This document shows positions 7,870 to 17,691 of a stretch of DNA of 51,602 bases, piece after piece. How positions within the stretch are numbered: position 1 is the first letter of the stretch; each line of letters begins with the position of its first letter. The notes under the pieces are model-generated. The model saw only the letters and a program-made list of their open reading frames with translations. It did not search any database and was not told the origin of the DNA. Made by a program: the position numbers and the translations under genes. The stretch is from the NCBI GenBank assembly GCA_018399555.1, contig JAGYOL010000003.1, positions 1 to 51,602 on the forward strand, read 5' to 3'. This DNA is from Kiritimatiellia bacterium (GTDB lineage Bacteria > Verrucomicrobiota > Kiritimatiellia > RFP12 > UBA1067).

Positions 7870-10800
7870 TTACTTGGTTAATTCCGGCAAGAGCGGTATC
7901 ATTTGCAGGGGTGCCTTGTTACCGGCACCGTCCTCAAAACGGATACGCATCCAGTATGGGTCATCGGTGGCGGGTTTGACATCAGCGGGTTTGAGTATTT
8001 CATCAACATAACCGCCCTGCCATTCGCGTTTTTTAATACCGTTAAGGTCGTATGCCACATAACTGAGAGTTGATTTTGATGTCCAGGGAGCCAGAATTGA
8101 GATTGACCGAATTTGTGCGACAGAGCCTTTGCTGCGGCCACAGATGTAGGCTGTCAGGAAGCGAACTGTAAACGCCTTTTTCTCATCTGTCTGTGTGCGC
8201 AGAAAGTCACGGATGTTGATTATAAGATCGTTCCATTCTCCCGGTTCGGTGCTGATTTTACCGTGAATAAACTTTTGATTTTGCGGATCGGTGAGGGAGA
8301 GGGTAAGTTTAGCCAAGTTGCCCGGTGCGCGTTTGTCAGCGTTGTGCAGTGTAAAATTATAGGGTGAAGATTCATATGGTTTTGCGATGGTGCGGAAGGA
8401 GATGGAAAGGAAGGGATATTTTTCCGTATTCCAGTATGGCGAGGGGAAGCTGCGTTGCAGGTATGTGGAGCTCTTGTTTTTGTAGCTGATCTGCAGTACG
8501 GCGCCGTCCTCTGTTTCAACGGTTTCGAGATTAACATACGGATAGCGGTTGAAGAACTGCTCGACATTCGTGAAGGTGGGGTTCCATATGTAGGCGTTGG
8601 ATGGCGGTTTCTGCGGCAGGAGTGTTGGTGGACGTTTATCTGACTGCTTATCGATTGGGATTTTGACAACGTACGGGGGCAACTGATTGCCGGCGGCGTC
8701 GGTTATGCCTGATACAGTCAGTGGCAGTTGTGTGCCATGCGGGGTATCCATGAGAATTTTGCGCAGGCTCCATATCCAATCGATCTGCATATCGATGTTG
8801 CCCTGTCCGATATTGCAGAAGCCGTTATCTTTTGAAATATCAAGTGTGGTGCCGTTGCAGGTGAATGTCAGATCATTGATAATAGGAGGAGCGACGGTAT
8901 CGGTGATATTCAGATTCAGGCAGCTGCCGTTATAATTGGGCACTGATTTGATTTCGTGATTCACGGTAGGGCTCTTGCTGTCAAGGATAAAAGGGGTATC
9001 AGAGGGGTGTGACCAAAGACCACGGTTATCTTTCGCGCGTACCAACAGATGGTGGATGCCGTCGGCGACGCCATCCAGCGCAGGCTGTGTGACTTTACTG
9101 TTTTGAGTTGTGATCCACTTGATCTGCTGCTGCGACTCGGGGTCGCGCATGTCATAGGGCTGGTCGCCAGTCAGGAGAGCGTACTCCACTGTGGCGACAC
9201 CGTCCTGGTCGATGTAGTCGGCTTTGAATGCGAAGGGGCGATTGGGGCCGACTGCCGGTCCGGTGGCGATGTCGTCGATTTGCAGCCAACTATGCAAGCC
9301 GGACTGGTCGACCGATGAGCGCGATGCGAAGAGCATGTAGGATGGTTTGATACTGCTGCGCTCCTGTAATTGAGCTTTTCCCAAGGCATCGGAAGGAAGT
9401 CCCATCCAGGTGTGCCACTTTTTATCCATAACGGCTGCGGATTTTCCGCTGTAACGAATGCCGGTGTTGTATTTTTCTGAGAAGGTAAAGCCGGTACTGC
9501 CATAGCTGAGCGAGCAAAGGCTCATCGGATCGCCTCGGTAACGGAATTGAATAACAGGGGTGGCGGCCAGATCAATTGATTTTGTAAGATAGCCGTAGAG
9601 TCGCAGAGCTTCTCCGTTGTTTGATATCTTCAACGTGCCGCCTCTGGAGGGATCGGAGTAATCGAATGAGATATAGGCTTTGTATTTATGTTGATCGGCA
9701 TCCTGCGGGCGTTCCTCAAAGGTTTTGATGCTACCTTGTGGCATCTCTAGTGAGAGCAGGGTCGGAGGAAAGTTGGTGGTATTATTTAATTTCATCGGCA
9801 CGACTTGGCGGAAATAGCGTCCGTCGGAGAGTTCGGCTGTCAGAGTCATGTGATCTGGTTGAAGGTGTTCGAGGGGGATAAGCACACGGATGTTGTTGCC
9901 TTCAACCTCGAAGGGGGCTGGCTGAGCATCAGCGAGGACTTTTTTGGGTGGCAGAAGTGGTGATGGCCAGGGGTGGGTGGGGGTGATGAGAAGAGAGCCG
10001 GGGATCGACTCATCCTCATGTGCGAGCAGTCCGAAATCAGCCAGTTCAGGCACTGCCCATTCCACAACCGGTTCGGCCGGGTCGAGTGTCGGTGGCACCT
10101 TGACCATCTGTAATTCGCCGGGCGGCAGAGAATTTATCAGCTTGTTTAAATCGGCGACCCGCGCTCTTTTTTTCGGGGGGGCGGTGGCTACCGGTACGCC
10201 ACGGTGAATCTCACGGAAGGCGCGGATGGCGTACCAACTGTGTGGCGGGTTACCGTGGAGGCCTTGTTGTTCTTCGCTGGGTTGCAGGTTGCCGAAACCT
10301 TCGATTTGAACCGCTAGGTTGTCGCGGATGACCTCGGAGGGAATCCAGATTTCAACTGGAGTCCAGATAAGGTTTTTGGCTTCGGGATCTGAAGGAGGCA
10401 GCTCTTCCATTTTGCCGGCGATTTTACGTGGACCGCGTTTTTCGGTTGTGCCGGAAAGGATGTAGCTCCATCCTTGTACCGGTACCGGCTGTTTTTTCTT
10501 ATTTTCGGTGAGGGTTGTGAACTCGAAATTCACCTGGGCTTCGGGGTGACGGGCCATCTCAAAGCGCCAGCCAAGCAGTTTGTCGGGGGTAGCGGGGGGC
10601 AGGTTGCACTTCACCAGAAACGTGCCAGCTCCGAGCAGAGAGTGAACATGCATTTCAGGTTTTGCGCCGGTTATATTTTTAAAGTTAATAACCGGGTGAC
10701 TGACAGTATCGAAGGGTTCCCAGCACTCGGGGGAGAGGGGTTGTATCAGGCGGTTATTGATACGTAGGCCTGAGTCCAGGCTTTTTGTTTCCATTGGTTT

Positions 10801-13575
10801 GAGCGCGGCTCCGGCGGGTATTGAGTGAAAATCAAAGGGCCGCGGTCGTATTTTTTCGGCGGCGATTTTGATTCTGGCCACCATCATAGAGTTGCGGTAG
10901 GTCCAGATTCCAAGTGTTCCGTTCTGCAGCGGCTGATCATCGGTGACTTCAAAAACATCCTCGTTGTCATAGATATATTTCAGTCGGTTGCCGATGCGGC
11001 GCAGCTGCATGCCATACCAGGCACCGTGAATTTCGCGTCCTTTGGCGACCAATGGCTGGTATCCTTTGCGGGCCAGGCCTTCTCTGGTACGAGGAACCAG
11101 ATATTTTGTAGTGATATCCATAACCTCGCCGTTGCGCAGCAATCGCGAGTACAGCTGCGAGTGGTCCGGATCCCACCCGGTTGCGATGGCGGTGTAGCCG
11201 TCGGCGGTCAGGTTACGTTTGCTCATAACGGTCAGATTCAGGTCGCCTGGGCGGGTGTACCAGCCCATTCGCATGCCGGCGTAAAACTCGATTGAGAAAT
11301 CACCTTCAAAGATATATTTAGACCACAGAGCTGCAAGGGAGTCGTGGCTTTCGCCGTTCATGTGTGACCAGGTCGGTTCACAGAAAAAGCGATTGACCAC
11401 CTCCCAGCGACCGCCGTTGATAGTCCAATTGAAAAGAGATTCCGTGAACAGGGTATCGAAGACATTGTCGCGCTGGATGAGGGTGTGTTTGAGGTCTGTC
11501 AGCTTCATCTCCTCGATCCGCATGCGGCGTCCATTCGGTAGCTCAGCCAGATGTGTACTGGCGATGAGGGTATCGTCGGTACCTATCCAGATTACATGAT
11601 CTTCCATGCCGACGGTGAAGACGCGGATTTTTTTCTTGTCATATTCGACTTCAGGTATTTGTTCGGCTTTAACAGAGAAAACCGACTGAGTTGAATTGAT
11701 GCCGGTATAGAGATGGATGGTTGAATTGGTCACTGCCACACGACAGAGGCCGTTGGATGAATTTTCGGGAACACAGAGGTGCAGAACGGAGTTTTCCACA
11801 ATCGGCAGGCGCACCTTGACAGCACCGGTTATGTCGCCTTTAAACCAGGTCATGCCATCCTCGAAGATCACCCATTGTCCTTCAGGTGAAGCCCAGTGTC
11901 GCATGAAAGGATCGTTGACATAGAGTGGATTTTTTTCGAAACGTTCGCTGAGTACCGGATCAAAAGATGTAACCTGGGGTGCCGTGAAAAAAAGATCATC
12001 CGGATTGGAGGCGAAAACACCCTGAATCCCGCCAGGCTGTTGAGCGGGACGTGTAAAGCATACCAAATGTCCGTCGGCATAGCAGCGAAGTTCATGCTTT
12101 CGCAGGGCGTCGATGGCCAGGTTAATCCGGTTACTTGTGACGGCGGTGGTGAAGGAATCCAGCGCAAGTGTGTTGGTGGTGTTGACCCATTTCAGAGTAT
12201 AGACGCGGTTGCTGTCGCTTTGGGTGCAGGTGAAGCTGTAATAGGGGGCATTGTTGCTGACCGCTCCGCAACTCAAACCTAAGGTAAATACGTTTGTGGT
12301 CGACACGGCCGTTGTTTCCTGGCGTAGCGGAGCGGAGTTTGCCGTACCGAAAAGCCATCGGTTGGTTTGATTTGTGGGTGGAAAATAGCTCCAGCAGGTG
12401 CCGTTCCGCAGCAGTGAGCGCACACTGGCTGTGCCGGGCACTGTCTGAAAGTTCACATCGCCTGGAGTTTCAAAGAGAATGTCGTCATGGGTAGAGACGG
12501 AGACATCGTCGAAGCGCGTCACATCTCCTGGCGGCATGTTAGCATAGAGTCCGAAGCGCCCTCCGGGGGGCAGGGGAAAACGTTTGCGGATCACAGGGAT
12601 GTGGTCGGCCTTGCAGATGATTGTGTCGTCCAGCAGCCGCACTTCGAGCAGTAGCCACTGACCCACAGGCAACTCGCTTTGAACCGACTCAAGATATTCG
12701 GGTGCGACCTTTGGGTCGGCTGGTTGTCGCCACAGATCGAGAGCCAGAGTTCCTGACTGCGGATCGGTGCGAGCGGTAAAGGCCATGTAGCCGCCCATCT
12801 CCGGTGCCAGAAAAACCAGTCCGTTGGTTCCGCTGTTGTGTTGAACTGCCGCCGAAATTTGATAACGTGAGTGGAACGGCTCGCCAGCCAGCACCACACC
12901 GTTGGTTCCGCCGCCCTCGAGAGTATAGAAGTTGGGACTTTTTTCAGGTTTTGGTTGACGTGCCAGAGTATAGCCTCCGGTTCCGCTGACTGAGCCGGTC
13001 ACTGAGTGAAGCTTCCATACTCCGTTCATTATTTCCCATGCCGGGGGAAAGGCTGAACCGGCAGGAACGAGGAAGTTGTCTTCGAAGGTAAAATTACCAA
13101 TTTTTTGAGTATAATCATCGATATCGTCGTCGGAGGGGGTCAGTTGTTCCGGATGTTGAATTTCAAGCGTTCCTTTCCACAGCTCTGGCATGCGCACAAT
13201 CTCATGATCGTTGATATAGGCACTCCAGACGCGTTCGGTGCGTTTGAATTGAAACCATGCCAGGTTGTCTGTTGATACAGCGGGTGAAACGGTTATCAAG
13301 CGTTCGCACGCTTCCGGAAAAAACCGTTTGGGAAAAAGCTGGCATGTGGTGACGCCACCACCGCAGCTGATATCAAACCCCGAGTTGCCTTCCGGGTTGA
13401 GCACTCTGATTCTGAGTGTTCCGTCCGTCACTACCAGGTTCAATGCGCCGAACTCGTTTAATTCGCTTAATGTGATGCGTTTTGAAAAGGATTCTTCTGC
13501 GAAAAGCTGTAAGGTGAGTGACGTCAGAAAAAAAATCAGAGTCAGTGCTCTGAGTGAAGAATTGTACTCTGTCAT
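7870..13575 (-). CDS. Very large secreted multidomain hypothetical protein (beta-sandwich/Ig-like modules)
   Basis: Open frame of about 1,900 codons with a signal peptide (LRALTLIFFLTSLTLQLFA). Ig-like turn motifs DAAGN, DGAGN, LDSKSPT and DKRPPT. Start uncertain (13575/13593/13674). Confidence 0.8.
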   Translation of the reverse strand: MTEYNSSLRALTLIFFLTSLTLQLFAEESFSKRITLSELNEFGALNLVVTDGTLRIRVLNPEGNSGFDISCGGGVTTCQLFPKRFFPEACERLITVSPAVSTDNLAWFQFKRTERVWSAYINDHEIVRMPELWKGTLEIQHPEQLTPSDDDIDDYTQKIGNFTFEDNFLVPAGSAFPPAWEIMNGVWKLHSVTGSVSGTGGYTLARQPKPEKSPNFYTLEGGGTNGVVLAGEPFHSRYQISAAVQHNSGTNGLVFLAPEMGGYMAFTARTDPQSGTLALDLWRQPADPKVAPEYLESVQSELPVGQWLLLEVRLLDDTIICKADHIPVIRKRFPLPPGGRFGLYANMPPGDVTRFDDVSVSTHDDILFETPGDVNFQTVPGTASVRSLLRNGTCWSYFPPTNQTNRWLFGTANSAPLRQETTAVSTTNVFTLGLSCGAVSNNAPYYSFTCTQSDSNRVYTLKWVNTTNTLALDSFTTAVTSNRINLAIDALRKHELRCYADGHLVCFTRPAQQPGGIQGVFASNPDDLFFTAPQVTSFDPVLSERFEKNPLYVNDPFMRHWASPEGQWVIFEDGMTWFKGDITGAVKVRLPIVENSVLHLCVPENSSNGLCRVAVTNSTIHLYTGINSTQSVFSVKAEQIPEVEYDKKKIRVFTVGMEDHVIWIGTDDTLIASTHLAELPNGRRMRIEEMKLTDLKHTLIQRDNVFDTLFTESLFNWTINGGRWEVVNRFFCEPTWSHMNGESHDSLAALWSKYIFEGDFSIEFYAGMRMGWYTRPGDLNLTVMSKRNLTADGYTAIATGWDPDHSQLYSRLLRNGEVMDITTKYLVPRTREGLARKGYQPLVAKGREIHGAWYGMQLRRIGNRLKYIYDNEDVFEVTDDQPLQNGTLGIWTYRNSMMVARIKIAAEKIRPRPFDFHSIPAGAALKPMETKSLDSGLRINNRLIQPLSPECWEPFDTVSHPVINFKNITGAKPEMHVHSLLGAGTFLVKCNLPPATPDKLLGWRFEMARHPEAQVNFEFTTLTENKKKQPVPVQGWSYILSGTTEKRGPRKIAGKMEELPPSDPEAKNLIWTPVEIWIPSEVIRDNLAVQIEGFGNLQPSEEQQGLHGNPPHSWYAIRAFREIHRGVPVATAPPKKRARVADLNKLINSLPPGELQMVKVPPTLDPAEPVVEWAVPELADFGLLAHEDESIPGSLLITPTHPWPSPLLPPKKVLADAQPAPFEVEGNNIRVLIPLEHLQPDHMTLTAELSDGRYFRQVVPMKLNNTTNFPPTLLSLEMPQGSIKTFEERPQDADQHKYKAYISFDYSDPSRGGTLKISNNGEALRLYGYLTKSIDLAATPVIQFRYRGDPMSLCSLSYGSTGFTFSEKYNTGIRYSGKSAAVMDKKWHTWMGLPSDALGKAQLQERSSIKPSYMLFASRSSVDQSGLHSWLQIDDIATGPAVGPNRPFAFKADYIDQDGVATVEYALLTGDQPYDMRDPESQQQIKWITTQNSKVTQPALDGVADGIHHLLVRAKDNRGLWSHPSDTPFILDSKSPTVNHEIKSVPNYNGSCLNLNITDTVAPPIINDLTFTCNGTTLDISKDNGFCNIGQGNIDMQIDWIWSLRKILMDTPHGTQLPLTVSGITDAAGNQLPPYVVKIPIDKQSDKRPPTLLPQKPPSNAYIWNPTFTNVEQFFNRYPYVNLETVETEDGAVLQISYKNKSSTYLQRSFPSPYWNTEKYPFLSISFRTIAKPYESSPYNFTLHNADKRAPGNLAKLTLSLTDPQNQKFIHGKISTEPGEWNDLIINIRDFLRTQTDEKKAFTVRFLTAYICGRSKGSVAQIRSISILAPWTSKSTLSYVAYDLNGIKKREWQGGYVDEILKPADVKPATDDPYWMRIRFEDGAGNKAPLQMIPLLPELTK

Positions 13576-13967
13576 AAAAAAATTTAATTTCATTTTAAAC
13601 AAGGATGGCACTCTCGTCCGTAAATTCACGTAATATTGATCGTTAATAATAGCAGATTCTGTGCCGTTTTGCAACCTTGTGCTTACTATGATATGAATGT
13701 GAAACCCAATGCCTGATGTGGCAGGCTGTCAGGGGAAAAAAGCTGCAAACAGTCTTACATTTCGCAACAGTTGTAAAGTCGAAGGGATGAACGCGGGGCA
13801 GTGGAAGAGATGCGGTGCATTTAATTGTATGCAGTTGTAATCGGGGTGGTTTTGGAAATCGGGAGGTGAAACAGCGCATGCCAGAAGCAGGATATATCCG
13901 AATGTCGGAAAGCCGCCTGTCAGGATCACTTGTCCTCTCATATTCCGACTCTTCCTTAGGCACGATT

Positions 13968-15287
13968 TCAGGTGTGAGTTGCGCAGCAGCGTTGTACATT
14001 ACGTGCTTCGAGCGAAGCTCTGACAGCTTTCAAGTCGGTTGTGTTTGGTGCCGCGCCGGAAATCACCGCCGCTTCGGCGACAGCATAGGATACCTCGACA
14101 AACAGACGTCTGTCGAAGGGTTTGGGGATGATGTAGGCCGGTCCGAAAGCAAGTTGTTCATCCGGATAGATTTTTTTGACATCATCGGGTACATCCTTGC
14201 GGGCCATTTCGGCCAGAGCGCGTGAGGCGGCGACTTTCATTTCGGTATTGATTGTTGTAGCGCGGACATCGAGAGCACCTCGGAAAATGAAGGGGAATCC
14301 CAGGACGTTGTTGATCTGATTGGGATAATCCGAGCGGCCGGTCGCCATGATATAAGGGCGTTCCTGCATCACTTCTGCAACAACCGCAGGTGAAATTTCA
14401 GGATCCGGATTGGACATGGCGAAAACTGCGGGGTAGTCGGCCATGGAAAGGATATCTGCACCTTTAACGCAATCGGCCACCGAGACACCGATAAAGACGT
14501 GGGCGTCGCGCAGGGCGTCAGCCAGAGTACAGGCACCCGGTTTGCAGGCATGGCGCCGTTTGTGGTCGTTGAGATCGGTGCGGTCGGTGCTGACAACGCC
14601 GCGGCTGTCGCAGAGAATCAAGTCTTTGATACCGGCGGTTCTGCACATGTCGGCGATACGGATACCGGCGGCGCCGGCGCCGTTAATTACCACCCGCAGT
14701 TCGGGCAGCTCTCTTTCGGAAAGAATGGCATAATTCATAACGCCAGCCAAGGTTATGACCGCTGTGCCCCACTGGTCGTCATGGAATACGGGGATATCGA
14801 GCATCCGGTCGAGGGTGTCTTCAATTTCGAAGCAGGCCGGTGCGGCGATATCTTCAAGGTTGATGCCGCCATACATCGGTGCGATGGCTGCGGTGACTGC
14901 AATTACTTTTTCGGCCTCGGTTTTACCTTGATTGCCGCCATCTTTCCGGCAGTGGTTGAGCGGAACCGGCCAGGCGTCAACATCGCCGAAGGCTTTGAAG
15001 AGTACCGCTTTGCCCTCCATGACCGGGATGGATGCTGTTGCGCCCAGATCTCCGAGTCCGAGAATGGCGGTTCCGTCGGAGACGACAGCTACCAGGTTGC
15101 TTCGGGCGGTATAATCGATGGCAGTGGCCGGGTCGGTGGCGATGGTCTTGACGGCCTGCGCGACACCGGGGGTGTATGCGAGGCAGAGATCGCGTTGGGT
15201 TGTCAACGGTTTTGTCAAACAAACGCCGACTTTGCCGTTGACATGAAAGGCCAGAACTTCTTCGCGGGTGATCGGTTTTTCAGACAT
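13968..15287 (-). CDS. NAD(P)-dependent malic enzyme (no PTA fusion)
   Basis: LAYTPGVA, SDGTAILGLG, MEGKAVLFK, INLEDIAAP, FHDDQWGT, GAGAAG and ATGRSDYPNQINNVLGFP motifs. Confidence 0.95.
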   Translation of the reverse strand: MSEKPITREEVLAFHVNGKVGVCLTKPLTTQRDLCLAYTPGVAQAVKTIATDPATAIDYTARSNLVAVVSDGTAILGLGDLGATASIPVMEGKAVLFKAFGDVDAWPVPLNHCRKDGGNQGKTEAEKVIAVTAAIAPMYGGINLEDIAAPACFEIEDTLDRMLDIPVFHDDQWGTAVITLAGVMNYAILSERELPELRVVINGAGAAGIRIADMCRTAGIKDLILCDSRGVVSTDRTDLNDHKRRHACKPGACTLADALRDAHVFIGVSVADCVKGADILSMADYPAVFAMSNPDPEISPAVVAEVMQERPYIMATGRSDYPNQINNVLGFPFIFRGALDVRATTINTEMKVAASRALAEMARKDVPDDVKKIYPDEQLAFGPAYIIPKPFDRRLFVEVSYAVAEAAVISGAAPNTTDLKAVRASLEARNVQRCCATHT

Positions 15288-15523
15288 GATGATGAACTTT
15301 CTGTTTGTTCGGATGGGATTTTGCAATTGGGTGCAGATTCTACTAGTTGCGGCTTTGTTTTGTACAGCTCATTTTGTAATGGACTTAGCGAGCTGTTTTT
15401 TTTAAGATAAGCTCAAAATTTTTATAAAGGGGCGTTGCGCTGATTCAAGAGGCTGTGATGATCGTGATAGCGGGCAACTTGTTATCAGAGTCTGTGCGAT
15501 TTATTGAACTGGGGGGAAGATAT

Positions 15524-17584
15524 ATGCTGAAACTAATACTGCTGATCATTCCGCTGTCAGCCGTCTCGGTGCAGGGGATTGACTCCATGGTTCTAGAGTA
15601 CATCTATCCCTCGGGGTGTCGTCGTGGAGAGAGTTGCGAGGTTGTTGTTGGCGGTAACTGGAGCGGCAACAAGGTGGGGATGGGGTTTTCCGGTGTAGGA
15701 ATCAGTGCGGAGTACGTCTCGCCAGAGTATATCAGTGTGCTTAAAACCGGCAAATCAAAGTCCAAGCGGCTGAAAAAAAAGTATGTTAAACAGGCTCTGC
15801 CGGGTCATTCACGCGTGAATTTAAATGTTGATCAGCAGGCTGAGAGCGGGTTTCAGGAGCTTTTTGTTGACTATCGCTATAAGGTCAGTACGCCGCTCAA
15901 GTTTGAGGTATCCGATTATATTGAGATTATTGAGCCGTCGACAAATGTGGCGTGTTCTTCGGTGATGAAGCTGACTGAAATGCCGGTTTGTATCAACGGC
16001 AGGTCATACAAGGAGATTGCGGACCGCTTTGAGTTCGATGCGGCGAAGGATCAAAGTTTCGTTGCGTACATGAAATCTGAACTGATACCTCCGGGCGGTT
16101 TTGTTCCATTGCTTAGGATAGCAGATTCCTCAGGGGTTGTGATGACGAACGCCTTCGAGGTGTATTGTGAGGAATCGGCACCGGTGCTGGTTTTCAAAGT
16201 GCCGGCTAGCGGCACCTACTCACTGCTTGTAAGCGGTGACGGCAAACAGAGATGGCGCAGTGCGGTCTATCGCGTAGTTTTCGGGCAGCTGCCTCTGATA
16301 ACGGGTTTTTCGCCATCCATGGCGGTTCAGGGTGGGAGTGTGAATGTGAGGTTGGAGGGGGTCAATCTCGGAAATGAACGTGTACGGCTTTTTACCGGCG
16401 GTAAAGATTCGGCAATGTGTCTGGCAAGTATCACTGGTGACGCCTATATTCTTCCTGATCTGGATTTCAAGCTGGTGGATGAAGAGATTGTGGCTGATAC
16501 TGAGCCGAACAACACCACGAATGAGGCGCAACTGCTTGCGGTTCCGGTTGTGGTGCGGGGGAAGGTGATACCCGGACGGGATGATTCGGACTTTTACACA
16601 TTCAAACTGCCCGCCGGAGTTGTGATGTATCTTGATGTTGACGTGCCCTTTTCCTTGGGTTCCGGATTGCCGGATGTCAAGTTGCGTGATACCGGTGGTG
16701 AGGTTCTGGAGCCGGTTCAAAATATGCCGTCGGTACTGCGCGGTGTTGTTTCTTCGGCCCCGGTTTCGTACCGTTGTGATGCCGAGGATGGCGGCAGTTA
16801 TACACTTGAGGTCACTGCCGGTGAAAGAGTTCGCAGTGAAGGGTGTATCTACTCTTTGAGGATAGGTTTGCCCAGACCTGATTTTCATGTTTGGATGACT
16901 CCGGCAAGTCTCAACATTCCTATGCACGGGAGTTGTCTGGTCAATCTATATCTTCATCGTGTTCACGGCTTTGATCAGCCGGTCAGTGTTGCGGCAGCTT
17001 TTCCGCCGCTTGGAATCCTCAGTGGCGGCGGGGTGGTTGGCGGCGATGAGGTTGAAGGGTTGGTTACGGTCTGGACTGATGGTTATCGCAATCCCCGTAA
17101 GCCGTTTCATCAGGAGCTGGCAGCGGTCAGTGTGGTCGGTGGCACTAATGTCAGCAAACCGGTGACACCTGTTCTGCTGCCTGACGGCAAAGGGGGCTCT
17201 GCTGCACCGATGTTCGTCAGCAAGCCGCCGGCTCGAGTTGCATACTATCAGCCTGGCATGTGTATCGACATGGGTGGCAAGACCACTTTGGTGTTTGATC
17301 AGAAAGAAAACCGAGAGGTGAAACTGTTTTTTAAAAACATCAAGGGCTCAGTCGCCGAAGACTATCGGTATTCAGTGATTGAACCAGCCGGACGACTCAA
17401 CATCAGGGATGTCAGTGAATCGCCAGCCGACCACATGATTCGTCTTGTCATACAGAACGATAAAAAGCGCGGCTTTAAAGAAGGTGACATCGGTTTTCTT
17501 ATTATTGGCATGAAACCTGAAGATTCTAAAGAGGATTTGACTGCCGTCAGCCAGGCAGTGCCCTTTAAAGTTGTTGTCCGATAA
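15524..17584 (+). CDS. Secreted PPC (pre-peptidase C-terminal)-domain protein of PVC type
   Basis: Signal peptide; YIYPSGCRRGESCEVVVGG, EPNN...AQ, GRDDSDFYTF and YSLRIG-PDF motifs. No protease catalytic motif recognised. Confidence 0.65.
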   Translation: MLKLILLIIPLSAVSVQGIDSMVLEYIYPSGCRRGESCEVVVGGNWSGNKVGMGFSGVGISAEYVSPEYISVLKTGKSKSKRLKKKYVKQALPGHSRVNLNVDQQAESGFQELFVDYRYKVSTPLKFEVSDYIEIIEPSTNVACSSVMKLTEMPVCINGRSYKEIADRFEFDAAKDQSFVAYMKSELIPPGGFVPLLRIADSSGVVMTNAFEVYCEESAPVLVFKVPASGTYSLLVSGDGKQRWRSAVYRVVFGQLPLITGFSPSMAVQGGSVNVRLEGVNLGNERVRLFTGGKDSAMCLASITGDAYILPDLDFKLVDEEIVADTEPNNTTNEAQLLAVPVVVRGKVIPGRDDSDFYTFKLPAGVVMYLDVDVPFSLGSGLPDVKLRDTGGEVLEPVQNMPSVLRGVVSSAPVSYRCDAEDGGSYTLEVTAGERVRSEGCIYSLRIGLPRPDFHVWMTPASLNIPMHGSCLVNLYLHRVHGFDQPVSVAAAFPPLGILSGGGVVGGDEVEGLVTVWTDGYRNPRKPFHQELAAVSVVGGTNVSKPVTPVLLPDGKGGSAAPMFVSKPPARVAYYQPGMCIDMGGKTTLVFDQKENREVKLFFKNIKGSVAEDYRYSVIEPAGRLNIRDVSESPADHMIRLVIQNDKKRGFKEGDIGFLIIGMKPEDSKEDLTAVSQAVPFKVVVR

Positions 17585-17691
17585 AAAGGCCAGCGGCTTG
17601 AATTTTCATCTGAGTGCAGTAAATCCCGGCTTCCAAATCACAGGAGACTTTGCTAAACTCGGTTTTAAATCAGAGGGAGTCAGCGGTGCCT

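Noticed and set aside
13675-13967. Possible riboswitch (cobalamin-like words ACAGTTG, GCGGGGCAGTG) or the 70-aa ORF 13729..13941
   Set aside because: The spacing and remaining consensus elements of the riboswitch are absent. The small ORF has no recognisable motif, so the region is left as intergenic.
14499-15410. 303-aa plus-strand ORF
   Set aside because: Antisense shadow of the malic enzyme gene.
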